From Wallemia ichthyophaga EXF-994 (Eukaryota; Fungi; Basidiomycota), in NCBI RefSeq assembly GCF_000400465.1, contig NW_008806281.1, positions 20,001 to 144,000 of the forward strand: DNA of 124,000 nt, in the 5' to 3' direction. Positions 92,787-107,524 of the stretch are shown here, piece after piece. Position 1 is the stretch's first letter; each line of letters opens with the position of its first letter. The position numbers were made by a program, and so were the translations under genes. The notes below the pieces were generated by a model. That model saw only the letters and a list, made by a program, of their open reading frames with translations. It ran no database searches and had not been told where the DNA came from.

Positions 92787-93857
92787 CTACTCGATAGCAC
92801 TGGTTTGATCCTTTGGTGGTTGGTAATCTGGTCTGAAGATGGAGTCAAGGAAGACACCAACACCACCTTCGTTGTTGGTGAGAGTTCTGTGTGTACAGTT
92901 TTCTCTTGGTGCCTTCATGGCGTTACCCATAGAACAAGAGAAACCTGAAGCCTTGAACATTCCAACGTCGTTCTCACCGTCACCGAACGTTATTGTGTTT
93001 TCTGGTGCAATACCGTAAACCTTGCAGAAGTGAGCCAATGCGACAGCCTTGTCAACACCTGGTGGACACAACTCAATAATGTATGGGAGTGCACGAGTCA
93101 ACTTGAATGAGTCTCTTGGGAAACGTGGCTCGTGGAGAAGGAGAGTCATGAAGTCTAAACTATGTCAATTTGACAAATAAGCTAAGTAAAACCAATACTC
93201 ACCTTCAATGACGGTTTCCTCCATTGGACAGAAAATCTTGCAGATGACGACTTCCTCCTTATCAACTTTTTCTAAGAAGTCGGTGCCTCTCTTGTCAGAA
93301 ATTGAAGGATCGAAACCCTTTGAGATTTCGAAGAAATCCTTGTCTGGCCTCTCTTCCAAAGAGACACAGTGGACCTTGTCGTGCTCGTAAAGCATACAGG
93401 TCTTGTTGTGCTTCATCATCATGTCAACAACAGACAAGACGGTGTTTTTGTTGATCTTTTGTTGAGATTGGACGGTGCCGTCTGGGTTGTAAATAATAGC
93501 ACCGTGACAGGCACCAACTGGCATATCGAGGAGGTCACATTCGATACGCATATCATTGATAGATACCAATTGTTTACCAGTAACTGGCAAAATTGGAATT
93601 TCAGGCTTGTTGGCTCTCAACCACTTGAAACAGTCAATAACTCTTGGGTGAACACCGTGGTCATCGTCGAAGAGAGTACCATCAACGTCGGAGATGATCA
93701 TTTTGATCTTGTCTGCAGGGATATTTGGGCCTTCTGGCTTCGATGGTCTTTGCTGGACCGAAGGCTTAGCGAGGGCCTTGATAGAGGAGCGACGACGCTC
93801 AGATTGCTTTGGATCCCAACCTGAGCTGGAGCGACGTTGGTTTTGGCTGCTAATCAT
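92787..93857 (-). CDS. Cof-type HAD-superfamily hydrolase
   Basis: ISDVDGTL, VTGK, GVDKAVAL, FGDGENDVGMF. Confidence 0.9.
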
Positions 93858-94264
93858 TTTTGTATTTAGCTGTTTTTAGTTAAGAATCAACCAGCGAACG
93901 AAGTACGCTTAAAATGTCCAAACGTGGAGTGCCTGTTTAGATGACGTTGTGATAATACGTCAAATGAATCAATTAATATCTGTATGAATATATTCTAGTT
94001 ATGTGCTCTTCTGCCCGCTATTTATCTCGATTAAATTGTTTCGCGTAATCTTCTTTGGTAAAAATTTTGCAATCGATTGAAATCTAATCGGTTAGGGACA
94101 AAAAAGTTTATTAGGGTGACTTTGTAAGCACATGAATATCTCAGCGTTTCGAGGAAATTCTCATTCACTCCACTCACATCGCCGTAATAATCCGGATTAC
94201 ATTACATTTCATTGGATAATATGAGGAGGATAATATGAGGATAGTATGATTCTAAATAGATATT

Positions 94265-96479
94265 TTACATGGATTCTAACTTCTTTATCATTGCTTCCAT
94301 ATCATTCTTAAGCTGCTTCAAATGCGCTACTTCTTTATCAAGATCTGCATCATTGATTGAGCCTGACTTGACGTCACGGATCCGATCACCCTGAGCTAAG
94401 ATACTATCATTCAATACCTTTGCTTCTGGTGTATCTGGCACTTTCACTACCTCCTTGGCTGCTTTCGCTGCTTTTGCTTGCTTGGCCAGCTGCTTTTTCG
94501 ACAATTCTGGTTTTGGCTCCTCGCTTTGCATACCACCAAACTTCTTTCTCCAGACGTCTTCCATCTTCTCATCTATACGAGTGAATAGAATGCTTGGTGT
94601 TCCAATTCTGTGTCCTGGGTAAAGATCTATGGCGAATGTTTCTGGTAGAGTGCGTGGTGGTGCGTTCAATTGATTTATGATTGATTCTGAGGTTGATGGC
94701 ATGAATGGGTGCACAGCTGCGCTAAGTATGTAGATGAGATTAATAGCTACCAGTATTGTTCTCTGAGCTCTACGTGGGTGCTCAGCTTATCGCTTTGTTA
94801 GTTTTTAGGGTCTTTCTCACTCTAATCGACTCACCCAAAAGCGCATTGTCGAGCTTGTTCTCTTGTATCCACTCATTACCACGTCTGGACAGTGCAAGGA
94901 CATCCTCCAAGCCAGATCGCAGATGTGCGCGCTCCATAGAGTCAATGTATCTTTTCAGAATCTCATTGATATCCTTAACGAAGCTATTTTTACGTGCCAT
95001 GAATTCGGAATCATCTGAAAAGATGAGATTAGTGTCTTGAGCTTCACCAGGCACAAGACTGTCGAATTTGGCAGCGGTGAACTTGAGAACCTAGACTTCA
95101 CGTTAGCTTTGAGAAGTAAGACAAAATATAACTCACTCTATTGACAAAGTTTCCGAAATTCTTGAGTAAGTTGTTGTTGTTCGCACTGACAAAGTCACTC
95201 CATGTGAACTCAGTGTCACCAGATTCGGGACGACGACTGAGTAAGAAGTATCTCCATACGGATGGTGACAAGCCTGTTTCCTTAGCACTGTTACCAAATA
95301 CACCAACACCCTTTGATTTACTGAACTTTCCACCTTCATATTGGAGATAGTCTGTCGATGAAATGTACTTGAGTCTAGTCCAGTCACGTCCATCTGCTAA
95401 CAACAAGGAAGGGAAGAAACACAAATGGAAATATACGTTATCCTTGCCCATAAATTGGTATAAGTTGACGTTCTTTGGATTTAACCACCATTTCTGCCAC
95501 TGATCGGTGTAATTTGCAGTGATGGAGATATAACCAATTGGAGCATCCATCCAGACATACATGACCTTTCCAGCCATTTCAGCGTCTTCCTCAGCATCTC
95601 CTACGGCTGGTACAGGGACGCCCCACTTAAGATCACGAGTGATTGCAGAAGGTTGAAGACCAGCTTTCATTCTAGCCTCGACAATCTCTCTATCTGAGTT
95701 GATGATAATGTTTGCAGGCCAGTTGTATTGCTTTGCAGTGTCTTTCAACCAACCTTCTAATGATGGCTGCAATTTACCCAAATCCAGGTACATATGAGCA
95801 GTTGGACGAGTTACGAGCTGTGAATTTGGATTCATTTTAGACCTTGGGGATTGTAATTCGAGTGGACTATCAAAAGTACGCGAACACTTGTCACATTGAT
95901 CACCACGAGCGTCGTCTGCTTGACAGTATGGACAAGTACCTTCAACGAATCTATCAGCCAAGAATTTGTCTTCTTCGACGGAATAGATTTGTTCCCTGGT
96001 AGACTTGACAAGGAGATTGTTGCTTCTAATGTTCTTGTAGAAGTCTTGAACAATCTCCGTTTGCTTATCTGTGGAAGTGCGCCCAAATTTATCAAACTCA
96101 ATTTCAAACCAATCGTAGACCTGCTTGTGGATGGCTGTGAACTTGTCACACAATTCCTTCGGAGTGATGCCATCTTCGATAGCCTTCGTCTCTGTTGCCG
96201 TACCGTACTCGTCAGTACCACAAACGTAGAGAGTGTTGCGATTTCTAACTCTGTTAAATCTAGCAAATACGTCTGCGCTGAGTGTACTGCCAATCACATT
96301 TCCCAAGTGCGGTACATTGTTGCAGTCTGAGGTGCTTGTGAGCTGTTGATGGGTATGCCAGCAACCAACCCACAAGGCAGTGCAGATGTGATGAGCACAT
96401 TTTCCCTGTCATCCTCTGGAAGTATAACTTTGTCCTTTTCGACTAATTTCCTCTCCACTTGCTCGTTATACGTCGTCAT
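94265..96479 (-). CDS. MES1: Cytoplasmic methionyl-tRNA synthetase
   Basis: TSALPY..NVPHLGN, zinc knuckles CPYC/CDKC, MGKDNV, KFSKS. Confidence 0.96.
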
Positions 96480-96641
96480 AGTTTGAAATGAAGAAAGAAG
96501 ACAGGCTATTTACCGACAAATCTCGTCAAGCTACCAATGTATATCTTTTAAAAGCCACCGCTATTAATCAACACTATTAACATCTGCTGTAAATCTAAAT
96601 TCCCATCTCATCTCTGCACCACCACCACTGAATTCCAGGAT

Positions 96642-99600
96642 ATGGGTGTAAAGGGTCTCTGGCAGCTGCTTCAGCCAGTCGCTAGGCCTGTAAAGTGTGT
96701 AGATCTTGCCATCATCTCCATCTCCCGCTAATTAGATCACCAGACTTGAAATGCTGGGCGGCAAGAGAGTCGCGATAGATTCTTCCATCTGGCTCTACCA
96801 CTTTCTTCGAGCTATCAAGGATAAGCAAGGCCACACCCTCACCAATGCCCACATTCTCGGTTTCCTGAGGCGTATACTCAAAATCCTGTTTTATGGCCTC
96901 AAGCCTGTATTTGTATTCGACGGTGGCGCGCCTAAGCTCAAGAAATCTACCATTGTCAGTTTCGCCTACAAGAACAGCGTGACACCTTATTGACTTACTC
97001 CCAGTCTGAGCGCAAGAACAGACGAGAGGGTGCACGCCAGAGCCACGCATTGATAGCGTCTAAGCTTCTTTCCGCACAGCTGCGCAAGGCAGCTATACAG
97101 CAACAACAGAAGGCGTGAGTCGCGCTTACATTTTAAATGACATCATTACAAACATCACTAACATCACTAATCAGTGAAAAGCGTCCTTCTAAAAGTGGTA
97201 TAGACAACGACGACGCAGATGGAGATGGGAATATAGCTTATCTCGATGATCTCAATAACACAGCTTCACCAGCAAAAAAAGAGCAGAAAGCAGCAACGCA
97301 GAAAAAAAGGCGTCTAGATCCCTACGAATTACCAGCAGCACCTCAGCGTCCCAAGTCCAGCATACCCGATCCGCGTCTAGCTACTGAAGATGAGCTGCGT
97401 GATTTCATATCGACAATGAAACCATCAGATTTCGACACCACTTCCGATGCATTCAAACAGCTTCCTCCGGAAGTGCAGTACGAGCTGATTGGTGATATGA
97501 GATTGAAGTCGAGAAGCACATCTTTCTCTCGCTTAGAGAATATGTTACGAAAATCGTCGACAGCTATCGATTTCTCTAGAGCTCAGATTAATAATTTGAT
97601 GCAAAGGAACGATCTCACTCAAAAACTCATCAACCACTCCGAAGGTATGGGTAAAGAAGAAGACGCGCCGGTTGCTTTACGCGTTTCTACTTCGCGGAAT
97701 AGAGAGTATGTCCTCATGCGTAAGTCTGACAATGAAGGTGGTGGATGGGTGCTCGGTATACAAGACAAGCGAGGTGAAAAAGGTCAGAAACCGATTGAGA
97801 TATCGAGTGATCATGAGAATGAATATGAAAATGATGAAATGCACGTTTCAGAAGACACAGATGAGGATGATTTTGACATGGAGGAGGTGAACATACCTCC
97901 AGCTGTGGTAACAGATATTCCAGTGGTGGAAGATAGACCATCTTCAACGCCACAGCCACCGCAACTTGGATTCGAAGAGAATGAAGCGCAGTCTACCGGT
98001 CTCGATGCTGCTTTAGATGAGAGTATGGTAACCAAAGCCAAAGAAGATAGCTTGAGACTGCTGAAGGAATCTACACGCAGACATCAAGAAAAGGAAAATG
98101 CTACTGAGAGTCTTGACAAGCAGCTGGATTCCATCAAGCATGTGAGGGGTACTGGGAGTGTGGAAGCGTCTAAAAAAGTGGATCATACACCGCCCGATGT
98201 TAGACAAACCATTGTAAAGCCTCCAGTCAAAGCCACATCTGAACGGAAGATGATACCAAAGTATGTACCAGCTAAACCACGAGGAGAGAAGAAGCGGAAT
98301 GTCACGCTGCAAGACTTTCATGCTAAGCAGCCGCAGCAGCTTCCTCAGGAGACACCCCCACCTGACAAAGATATTCCGTTGTTCCCTGACGAAAGTGAGG
98401 AGGAAGAGGCACAGGAACAGGAGCAGAAGGAAAAGGAATCTATGAGCAGCGATGCTGATATGGAGGCGGTTTACTCGAAAGAGAAAGACGAAGTCAAGGA
98501 AAAAACTGAAAATGTTCGTGAGCAGAAGCAGGAGCCGTCAGGGATGATACCAGAGAAACCAAGTAGTCCAATTACAGTGAAGGAGGAAAAGGTCGAGCCA
98601 CTACCTCAGCCTTACGATGTGACGGAGAAGGAAGAGTCAATTGAAGCTTCAGGCGCAGTACCAGCGCAGCCTGATACTGGAGGTGTAGGATTAGACTCAG
98701 ATTCCGAAAGCGCTTATAGCGGCTGGGAGCCAACACCTTCACCCGAAGCATCCACTTCTGCTGAGCAGGCAGTTGAGCATGAAATAGAGCAAGCAGTTGC
98801 ATATGCCGCTGAACAAACCACGGAGCAGCCAAAAATGCAACCCGATGGTGCGCGAGAAATGTCACCACCAATCGACATTGACGCCTCCGATAATGAAATG
98901 GAAGCGCAAGAAGCGATAGAGAATGAAGAAAAGGACTATATAGCATTCAGTAGCAAAGCGAATAACAAAAATTATGATGAGATGCTTGATGAAGCAGACA
99001 AGGATATTCGACGTTTACAGCAGAGTGCGAAGAAAATGTCGGGTGGTAGTGACGACCCTACAGTTCAGATGACTGGCGAAATACAGAAAATGCTCAAAGC
99101 TTTCGGTATTCCTTATATAACAGCTCCAATGGAAGCTGAGGCGCAATGTGCGAAACTCGCCCAACTAAATCTAGTAGATGCAGTTATAACAGATGACAGT
99201 GATATCTTTCTGTTCGGTGCGCCCATCGTATACAAGAATATGTTCAACGATAAGCAGTTTGTGGAGTGCTACGTGTTGGGCGATCTGGAGAAAGACCTGT
99301 CTTTGTCTCGCGATAGACTTATTGAACTGGCATATATCCTTGGATCAGATTATACAAATGGCTTCAGTGGTGTGGGACCAGTCATGGCCATGGAACTATT
99401 GGGTGATTTTGCTCACGAGTCCCCCAACACGCTCACTGGATTCAAGAATTGGTGGACAAAGGTTCAGAATGGCAAGGATACTCAACAGGATACGAGTACG
99501 AAATTTAGAAAGACATTTAAAAAGAAGAATAAGAATTTGCTTCTCGATAAGGAGTTCCCGGATTCTGGTGTCAGAGCTGCTTACTACGGTGCACAGGCTG

Positions 99601-100144
99601 ATGAAAGCAATGAAGAGTTTGTGTGGGGTATACCGGATCTCGATTCTTTGAGAGATTATCTTTACAATTATCTGGGATGGCCTGCTCATAAGACTGACGA
99701 TACTATCATACCTGTCATCAAGCACATGAACAATAGGGTGAGTGGGAGTTTGATTAAATACTGTTTACTAACAAATCTCAGAAACCAGCGCCTCAAACAT
99801 CTCTCGATAGGTTCTTTGATGATAGCGCGGGTAGTGGTGTGTTAGGTCCACGCCCAATGGCTGCGTACTCCAGCAACCGCCTGAAGGAGGTAGTGAGAGC
99901 GTTTAGGGGTGGTAGAGTAGAAGACGACAACGAGGAGGTGGACGAAGATACAGGCAGCAGCAGAAGTAATGGTAAAGGTAGAGGTAGAGGTAGAGGCAAT
100001 GGCAAGAAAGTGACCGCCAGACCACGCAAATCAGCCAAAAATCAGAAGGAGGCTACTAAATCCACAAAGAAAAGGAAGAAGGTGAGCAGCGAAGAAGACG
100101 ACGCTAGCGATAATGCTAGTGCATGGGATAGCGAGGACAATTAG
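96642..100144 (+). CDS. RAD2: XPG/Rad2 nucleotide-excision endonuclease
   Basis: MGVKGLW, AIDSSIW, EAEAQCA, DDSD, GSDY, PIP-like QSASNISRF region, long acidic spacer. Confidence 0.95.
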
Positions 100145-100188
100145 TAAACTAAACTATGAAATGTATTATGAACTGTTGTAACAGTACG

Positions 100189-101371
100189 CTATTGCGAAGT
100201 ATAGAAGTGGTAATCGTCAATGAGAGGTATGTAGTCGCCGACGATGCCTGCTGCAATACCGACCAGTGGCCAATTCTGCAGCCTGCTAACGACTGATTCG
100301 ACGCGCGGTTTAGTGAAGTCGTGCCAAATAGGACCCCGAAGCAAGTATCTATGGGATTGTTAGTGGGGTGTATATATTCATAGCATAACCCACCTAATAA
100401 ATGATTGCTCCCGTCTATTCTGTTCATTAGCCTCAATGCTTGACTTGTTGACGTCAAACGAGTATGGCGACACACCGCTCCTGCTCTTATGACCATACTT
100501 GCGCAGCTGTCTGCTCATTACCGACATGGAAAGCGATAGAAGTAGCGGTGTCCATTCGGATTTGGTTCTCCAAGGTTTAGTGCGCGTCTGTGTCCTAGCG
100601 AACTGGCGTCTGAGTGCCAAAACATACACTAGAGGTTCGGCAATAAGCATGAGTTCCGAGAAAACCTGCGCGCCACTACTCAGCGGCCTCACTAATGCAG
100701 ATGGCGGAGTGAGTGAGTCAGTATCGAGCGCAGTGGCATGCAAGTAGTTATCGACACTTCCATACTTGGTCTTGAGATCGACTACACTCCTCGCTCCTCG
100801 CACACCCCTATTGGCCTCATCGCACTCTGGATCGAGGCTTACATCCTGGTCACGAGAGGGCGTGCATGGCGTTACTAGCGGTCTTAGTTGCGTTTTCAAC
100901 AGAATGACTAACTTCAGTGTAAACTTTAACGCTTCAATTGCCGTTATGTAATTCCATCGATGGCGCGCATATCGACCTTGCTCATCGCGCTTTTCTCGCC
101001 GGTGCATCACTATCTCGCCCAGGAGCTGCAGAGAGGTCGTCAAGGAAAGCAGCTTGGCTGATAGGGCGTGCAGGCGTCCCCAGTTGGAGGATGTGTATCT
101101 GCTGTGTGCGTTGAGAGAGTGCTTCGCAGAGTGCGCATCTTGTGATTGTGTGAGCATGTTGAGTGAGCTGAAGACTGTGTAGCGTATTCGTTAGTATTTT
101201 GCTGTGTATACACTATCATCCCTCACTCATCTCGGCTACTAACTCTGAATCGTCGAAGCGGCCAGGAAGTAGCCATGCCAGCGTACGCAGAGTCGGCTCT
101301 ATAGATTTAGAAAGAGCGATTACTTTGTCTTTCCTGTTAACGTTCCTCACGCTACCGATGTCGTTTGACAT
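100189..101371 (-). CDS. PEX16: Peroxin Pex16
   Basis: WLLPGRFDDSEL, RW..ITAIEALK, EL..I..PLVYV, LLRGPIW, YIPLIDDYHFYT. Confidence 0.88.
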
Positions 101372-101431
101372 TTTCGTGATGATTGCTAATGACACAAAGA
101401 AATGCGGTAATTATCTTTACACTACTCATAA

Positions 101432-103327
101432 CTAGTTTACAAGTATCAGGCCGTCAATGCGCTCCCCTGTCTCCGTGCGTTTCCAAGACTCAATTGTCTC
101501 TCCCCACTCACTCACATCATACACTCTGAATCTACGGTCGTGGCCCTTCTTCCCGTAGCCCGAGTATGAGCTTCCACCCCCGAAACAGATCCATGTTCCT
101601 TGAATCAGCCTACATTCGTCAGTCAGGTGGCAGTGTCCATGTGCAATCACTCTTATTTCGTTGGTGGTGGTGTCGCTACCGCGGCGGAGCTCGTTAGCGA
101701 CGTTGAAGAAGCCACCATTTATGCCACTCGCACCGTCACCATCTTCAATGCCTTTACTACCCCATCCTTCTATAGGGGTCCCGTTGGCGTCGAGATCGGC
101801 GGGACTGTCGTAGTATTCACGCAAGGGGATGTGCGCAAATACCAATGCGTTAGCTTTTTGTGGTGTTTGTGATATTCTCTTGTGCGTGTCATCGAAGACT
101901 TCGCCTTGCTTTGGTATGAATGGTCGATTCTCTAGTTTGATGTTGTCCGATTCTTCGACGAACCAATCGATCTGATTCTGCGACTGGTGTGAGAAACGAA
102001 AGTAAAACATTTAAGTTCATCGTACCTGTCTGATGTAGTCATACTGCCCCATCATGTTCTTGAATGGGTTGTAACGAGGTGGAGGCAACAGCCCGTGCGT
102101 ATCGAACAAGTACATGGTAAGGAGGTGAGAATTGGTGCCATCAGGGGAGTACACTTTAAGCACATGATTCCCAACGCCGTGGATATCAGAAGGACCAGGC
102201 TGGGCGAGCGAGAAGGGTAATGCCTGAATAATTCTCATCTGCTCCGACCGAGGTAAATCAGTCATCTCAGAATCATGATTACCGAAAATTGCGGTAAATG
102301 GTATCTTTCTCTTAATCACCTCGCTGTAGACCTTGGAAATAACGCTGACAGCATCGAATGACGTACCCTGTCCATTCAACTGATCGCCTGTGAAGACAAC
102401 GAAATCAGGTTTGACGTCGTCGAGAGTCTCTGCCATAAGTTGTATAGAGTCTGGATCACCTTGGCATGGTGACTTGTCAGTGTCTCTGCATGTACCATTG
102501 CCCACGCTGAAATGTAGGTCAGCAATTTGTAGTATGCGGAATTGTCCGTTATCTCTAAATTTCAATTGTTCAGGCTGCTTGGGGTGTTTATAGCCTTTGC
102601 GGATAGTGAAAGTCATGCGTTCATTCTTGGATGACGCGTCTTGGATGTTTGCACCTTGTACGCGCTTGAAGTCTGGCCATGGCGGACCATCACCGAACAA
102701 GATATCAACCTCAGTGACTGCGTCTGATGGCCGTGGATTGGAGGATGGAGGATGAGTGTGGTAGTAGAGGCGGGTGTTTGGTGATGGATTCGATTTAACT
102801 TTGAACCAATTTTCATCCAATTTTTCTGAGCTGTCAGAAGAGAGCAGTTTGATGTCATCAATGTAGCTGACGTCTAGTCTACGAGACCTTCTGTAGTACA
102901 AGTAATTATTCTTATGGCCGCGTCCATTTTGTACATTTAAGCTCATGCCGACTCTAACCCAAGGGCCATACTTGCTGTTATCCTCAGAAGTTGAAGGAGG
103001 ATAACAGCCACCAAAGTAATACTCCAAAGAAGGTGGGAGTGAGCAGCTTCTTATGGTGATATCATTGATGGGTGTGGAATGTGGAAGTATTGGATTCCAT
103101 ATGTCAAGTGGAGCTTCGAGTACGTTGTAATTTGAATCATAGAGGCTGTTGTCGTCGCTGCTGTTGCTGCCGTGATCGACCAATTTCACGTAGTCGTAGT
103201 TCTGCCATTGGAGTGGAAGCAACTGCTTGTGCTTTGGTGTGTAATTCGTACTGAGGAGCGAGTATCGCGATAATAGAATTATCGTTATGAAGCTTGAAAT
103301 TATAAAGCTTAGAAGAAATTGCCTCAT
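101432..103327 (-). CDS. DCR2: Calcineurin-like metallophosphoesterase Dcr2-like
   Basis: ILQIADLHF, VFTGDQL, FGNHDSE, FAHIP, HGHCH, GGGSSYSGYG. Confidence 0.9.
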
Positions 103328-103363
103328 CTTCGTTGTAGGCCTGTAAGCCGATAAGCGTGTAGA

Positions 103364-103851
103364 CTAAGTGACATATAAATGCTTACAATTGAAATAATTT
103401 AAAATGTATTCTAATTCATGTGAATCGACGTTTGTTTGGTAGTATAAGTACTTGAACAGCTCCCGCTCCATTTTGTTCACCTCGTGTAAGTCAAACCTAG
103501 TAACCACAACCCAACTCTGATTGCTGTATGTTTTATCACTGTGTGATTTGCAGCTCAGTATCATTGAGGCTATAAACAATCTACTAGAGCAGCTCCCTTG
103601 TACGTCTGGCTGTATGCTCTGTCAGCCACACAAGCGCACTGAGTCAAACACACCAATCTCAATTTCAATCTATACAGCAGCACTAGACTTGTCAAAACTA
103701 TGTACTCCTCCACCTGCGTTCTCTCCAACACTCGTCTTATAAACTCTAGCATTGTAGTGCTTCTCTCCGTCTTAAACATCTCCGATATTACCCTCTCAGC
103801 AACGATTGAAAACTCTTTGTAGAATTTGTAATTATTTGCAGCGATGCTCAT
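103364..103851 (-). CDS. Pcl/Pho80-type cyclin, short
   Basis: LTSLVLLYRLK, FIASMILSCK..SDKTYSNQSW, EVNKMERE. Confidence 0.8.
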
Positions 103852-103948
103852 TGTTATCTAAGATCATTCATATTTGCTTACAAATTACCTATCATATTGA
103901 TTATTGATTGCTCATTTGTGACATTCGGCGAAATTTCTCACTTTGTAC

Positions 103949-105621
103949 CTATCCGTTTTTAGAAAGTGCCTTATTAACCAGCTCATTAACATCCATCACT
104001 CTATCAAATTGGTCTTCATTAGGATGTCTCTCTCGTCTCAATCGCCGCACTTCCTCCGCTGAGACAGTGTTGATAAAAAATTTGCACCTCTTCACGCCCT
104101 CGAATTCCGAGAACTCCTCATCTTCATCGAATGCATAGCCACACTTCGGGAAATCGAGTCCATAGAAGCACTTATGTATCGTATCTCTGAAATACTCCAT
104201 CTCACTCCAGAACTCCGGTATACTGTTACTTTTGGATCCCATCTTGGCTTTGAGGTGGTGATCTATATTGGAGATGAGCCAGTGCATACTAAGGCGCAGT
104301 GCTGGCAGCGATCTCCTCATCGAAGTAGTCAGCAGGTGTGACAACCTGACGTCATCACCTTCGCTCCCGGTCCCACTATCAACCTCTTCCAAACTCACGC
104401 GCACGCTGCGCATGAGATGGGTGATGAGACGTACGAGGTATTTGTGTGCGGTACTCTTCCGCACCTCCGTCGACATGTTCGCACCGGCTATATCAATTTG
104501 TCTATAGGTGCGCAAAGAATGGTATAAGCAAATGTTGACAGCGACGATTCTAGTGATTGTCTCAGAATTGAGAGTGTGTGTATCCAGCAGCTTCCTAAAG
104601 AGACGCGTGGAATTGTTGACTAGTTTGGTGACACTTTGTATGCTGGGTTGGTGTTAGAACTTCAACTGCAATCCCCTTCTTGCACTCACTCATTGCGATT
104701 CAAGTAGAGCATGGCGTGGATCTTTATCAGCTGTTTAACTAATACATTATAGTCACCTCCGTCAGTATTTTCCTCCACACTCTCGTCCAGTACCTTGTTT
104801 AGAATGGAGGTGATGTTATTGCGTGCGAGATTCTGAGGCTGTTTTGGTGCTTTCGTGGTAGTGATGCAACGGTAGTAGTGGTAGAGTGCACCTAAATTGT
104901 CATCGTTATAGCTGCACACCACAGCCAAGCTATTGAAATGGAGTGCTTCATGAGGATTTACTGATTTTGCGAGATTGTAGCAAGCAACGACCTGAGTATA
105001 GATACGTCTCTTTCCATTGTCCTTTACGTGCTGCCCAGCTTTAGGACGACCTTTCTCCTCATTGTACAGCTCTTTATATCTCAGCAGATCACCAATGTAG
105101 ATGAGACAGCGGTAAATAATCCACGCCCGCAAATTTCTGTCGAAGGAGCCCTCGTCAGCTACGGTGTTGGAGTAGTCTAAGGAGACATCTGCGCGTGTCA
105201 CTTCCTCATCGCTATCGACATCCATCTGCACATCCTGCTTATGATCGCCATCCTGCGAGTCAATCGCATTAATAGTGTACTTGTATTCATCGAGGCTGTA
105301 CAGTGAGATAGTTCGGCTGATGATATCGACGTAGAAACGTTTTTCTTTGGTAAGAAAGGAGTGAAAGTGCTGCAAGACGCGTCTTCTCTCGTAAGAAACT
105401 TTAGATTGTTTCTCAGAGCCATCTAAATTGCGTATGCGACGTCTATACTCTGTAATGAGATTATGTGAGGTGTTGTTCCACAGCGCACTAAGCGTGGATT
105501 GTACAGCGTCATCTGGGCCCATTAGCAGTGCATTGAGATGCGTACGCTTGTACGACTGCGTTAGGAATGTCAAGTCTGTATCCCAAGGACTTTTGCTCGC
105601 TGCTTTTTCCGTGATGCTCAT
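103949..105621 (-). CDS. Est1/Smg6-7 (Ebs1)-like 14-3-3/TPR protein
   Basis: CLIYIGDLLRY, CYNLA..VNP..ALHFNSLAV, ALYHYYRC. Confidence 0.8.
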
Positions 105622-105646
105622 CTTACCATCACCGTCGTGAGTAGAA

Positions 105647-106244
105647 ATGGTGAGCGATCCAACGAACGATAAAAATATTTGGCTGTGTGCGTGTACATAT
105701 GGTGCAAATATCAATTTTAACTACTTCACCAGCCGCCAGCGAAGGTGATATGGAAAGAGTAGCGTATCTGGTTGAGAAATGCGGATTGGATGTAAATACA
105801 CTGGACGAAAACAGTTACAGCACTCTACACGCAGCTACATCTTACTCTCACTCCCATCTTCTCCGCTATCTCATTGAGAAAGGCGGTAATGTAAATATCG
105901 TCGACGATGATCACGAAACGCCGCTCTTTGTCGCCGAGGATGAAGATGTGGCAAGGCTGCTGGTGGAACACGGGGCTGACGCCTCACATCGCAACGCGGA
106001 AGGTCTCACACCACTCGAGAAACTCATTCAGGATGATGAGCACGAGGAAGTGCAGGAATATCTCAAATCTGTCGGTCCAGCGCCTGTATCAATGCCAAAC
106101 ACCAACGATAACACAGCACTCGAAGATACGGAAACTGGCAGAGAGATAGCCGAGATAATGGAACAGGCACAACGAGACGGCACAGATCCCGATGAGAGGC
106201 TGAGGGAGCTGGTGACGCGCAATCTGATGGGACAGCAGCAGTAG
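105647..106244 (+). CDS. Small ankyrin-repeat protein
   Basis: Spliced NIWLSASEGD, YSTLHAATSY, ETPLFVAE, GLTP. Confidence 0.85.
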
Positions 106245-106326
106245 TAGCTGCTGCAGTGATATCCCGCCTTCTTGTAAAAGCGTATTAGACGGAACATTGA
106301 TACGGTAGTAAGAAAACACTATTAAC

Positions 106327-106692
106327 TTATTGTCTCTCTGGTAACTTTGGTGGCACGCTGTGGACTTGCTGGCTTTGGGTGGAGTTAGGCTGCTCCACGC
106401 TGCCTTCCTGTGATCCACCAGTGTTGCCTTTGCTGTTGAGCTTATCCATACCATCCTTCATCTCTTCTAAGCCCTGCTTCGATGTGCCCGGGTTATCTGA
106501 CTTGCTTTCAACGCTGCCAGCTTGACGGCCTGCTACTTGGTCACCGGCCCTGTCGACGCTCTCATTGAATGTGCCACGAATTGCCTCTCCTGCGCCTGTG
106601 TCGTGTGTTAGGCGTGTGTACACTGAAAACCTCAATCACGCACCGTGGAATCCCTTCCATGCACCTTGAATCTTGTCTTGAACTTTGTCCAT
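106327..106692 (-). CDS. Small hydrophilic Gly/Gln/Ser-rich protein (hydrophilin-like)
   Basis: MDKVQDKIQGAWKGFH|GAGEAIRGTFNESVD joined by a canonical intron. Confidence 0.65.
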
Positions 106693-107524
106693 TATTTGTT
106701 GTAATTACGTTAGAAGCAATTGCCCGCTCCACAGCCGCTGAAAATTGTTAAATGTGAAAACAAATTAAAGCAAATGATGATGTCATGTTGGTTTGTAGAC
106801 TATTCTTTAAAATCAGGCTATTTATCCACCTATTACTTCCAGTCGCAGATGACGTATTGCTAGCTATCTGTTTCTTTGACAGGAATGTGTAAAAAGAGTA
106901 TCCAATTGTAATTTTCAAGCTGTTATTGTACTTCGGGCCCTGCTAAGATTTTAATTCTGTGACCTCAAAATCGGGTGAGTTGAATTGCTTTTCAATTGGT
107001 CATCACTCAACTCAAATTAGATTCCTATGGCTTCCAACTTAAAAAATTATGCTTTCTTTGTTATCGGTTTCTTAGGTTTATATTGCGCTGTGTTTATCTA
107101 CATTAGTCTTGAATGACGGAAATTCGACGGCCTCTATAATAGGTCTGCAAAAATCCACCCGAAGAGCATGGATCACTGCGTTGATATCACGTTTGAAGAA
107201 TAAATTAAACCTGATAATGACAGATTATCTGAATATGCTTGTTCAGCGGACTTGAGCTTCTATGTTCCAGATTATATGGATTGTGAAGGCCTCGTAACAC
107301 TGAAAACTGTTCACCTAGCTAAGAAGAGAAGTCTCGAACAACTACATCAGCTCAATATGCGAACTGGCACTGTAACCTATCACCATCCACTTGGATGGAA
107401 AACGCATACCTCTTTCAAATTTGGGTAAAAAAGTTATCCCAGAAACGACGTAACGAACGTCAGAATTGTATAAAAGGCTTTTTTGTAGCTCACTACCCAT
107501 AAATTTTGAAATGTCTATGATAAA

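Noticed and set aside
81079-100144. FEN1 and XPG paralogs in the same region
   Set aside because: About 14 kb apart with unrelated genes between; ancient paralogs, likely coincidence.
106900-107520. Short ORF fragments including a hydrophobic 29-aa peptide
   Set aside because: Too short and interrupted to support a gene or pseudogene call.
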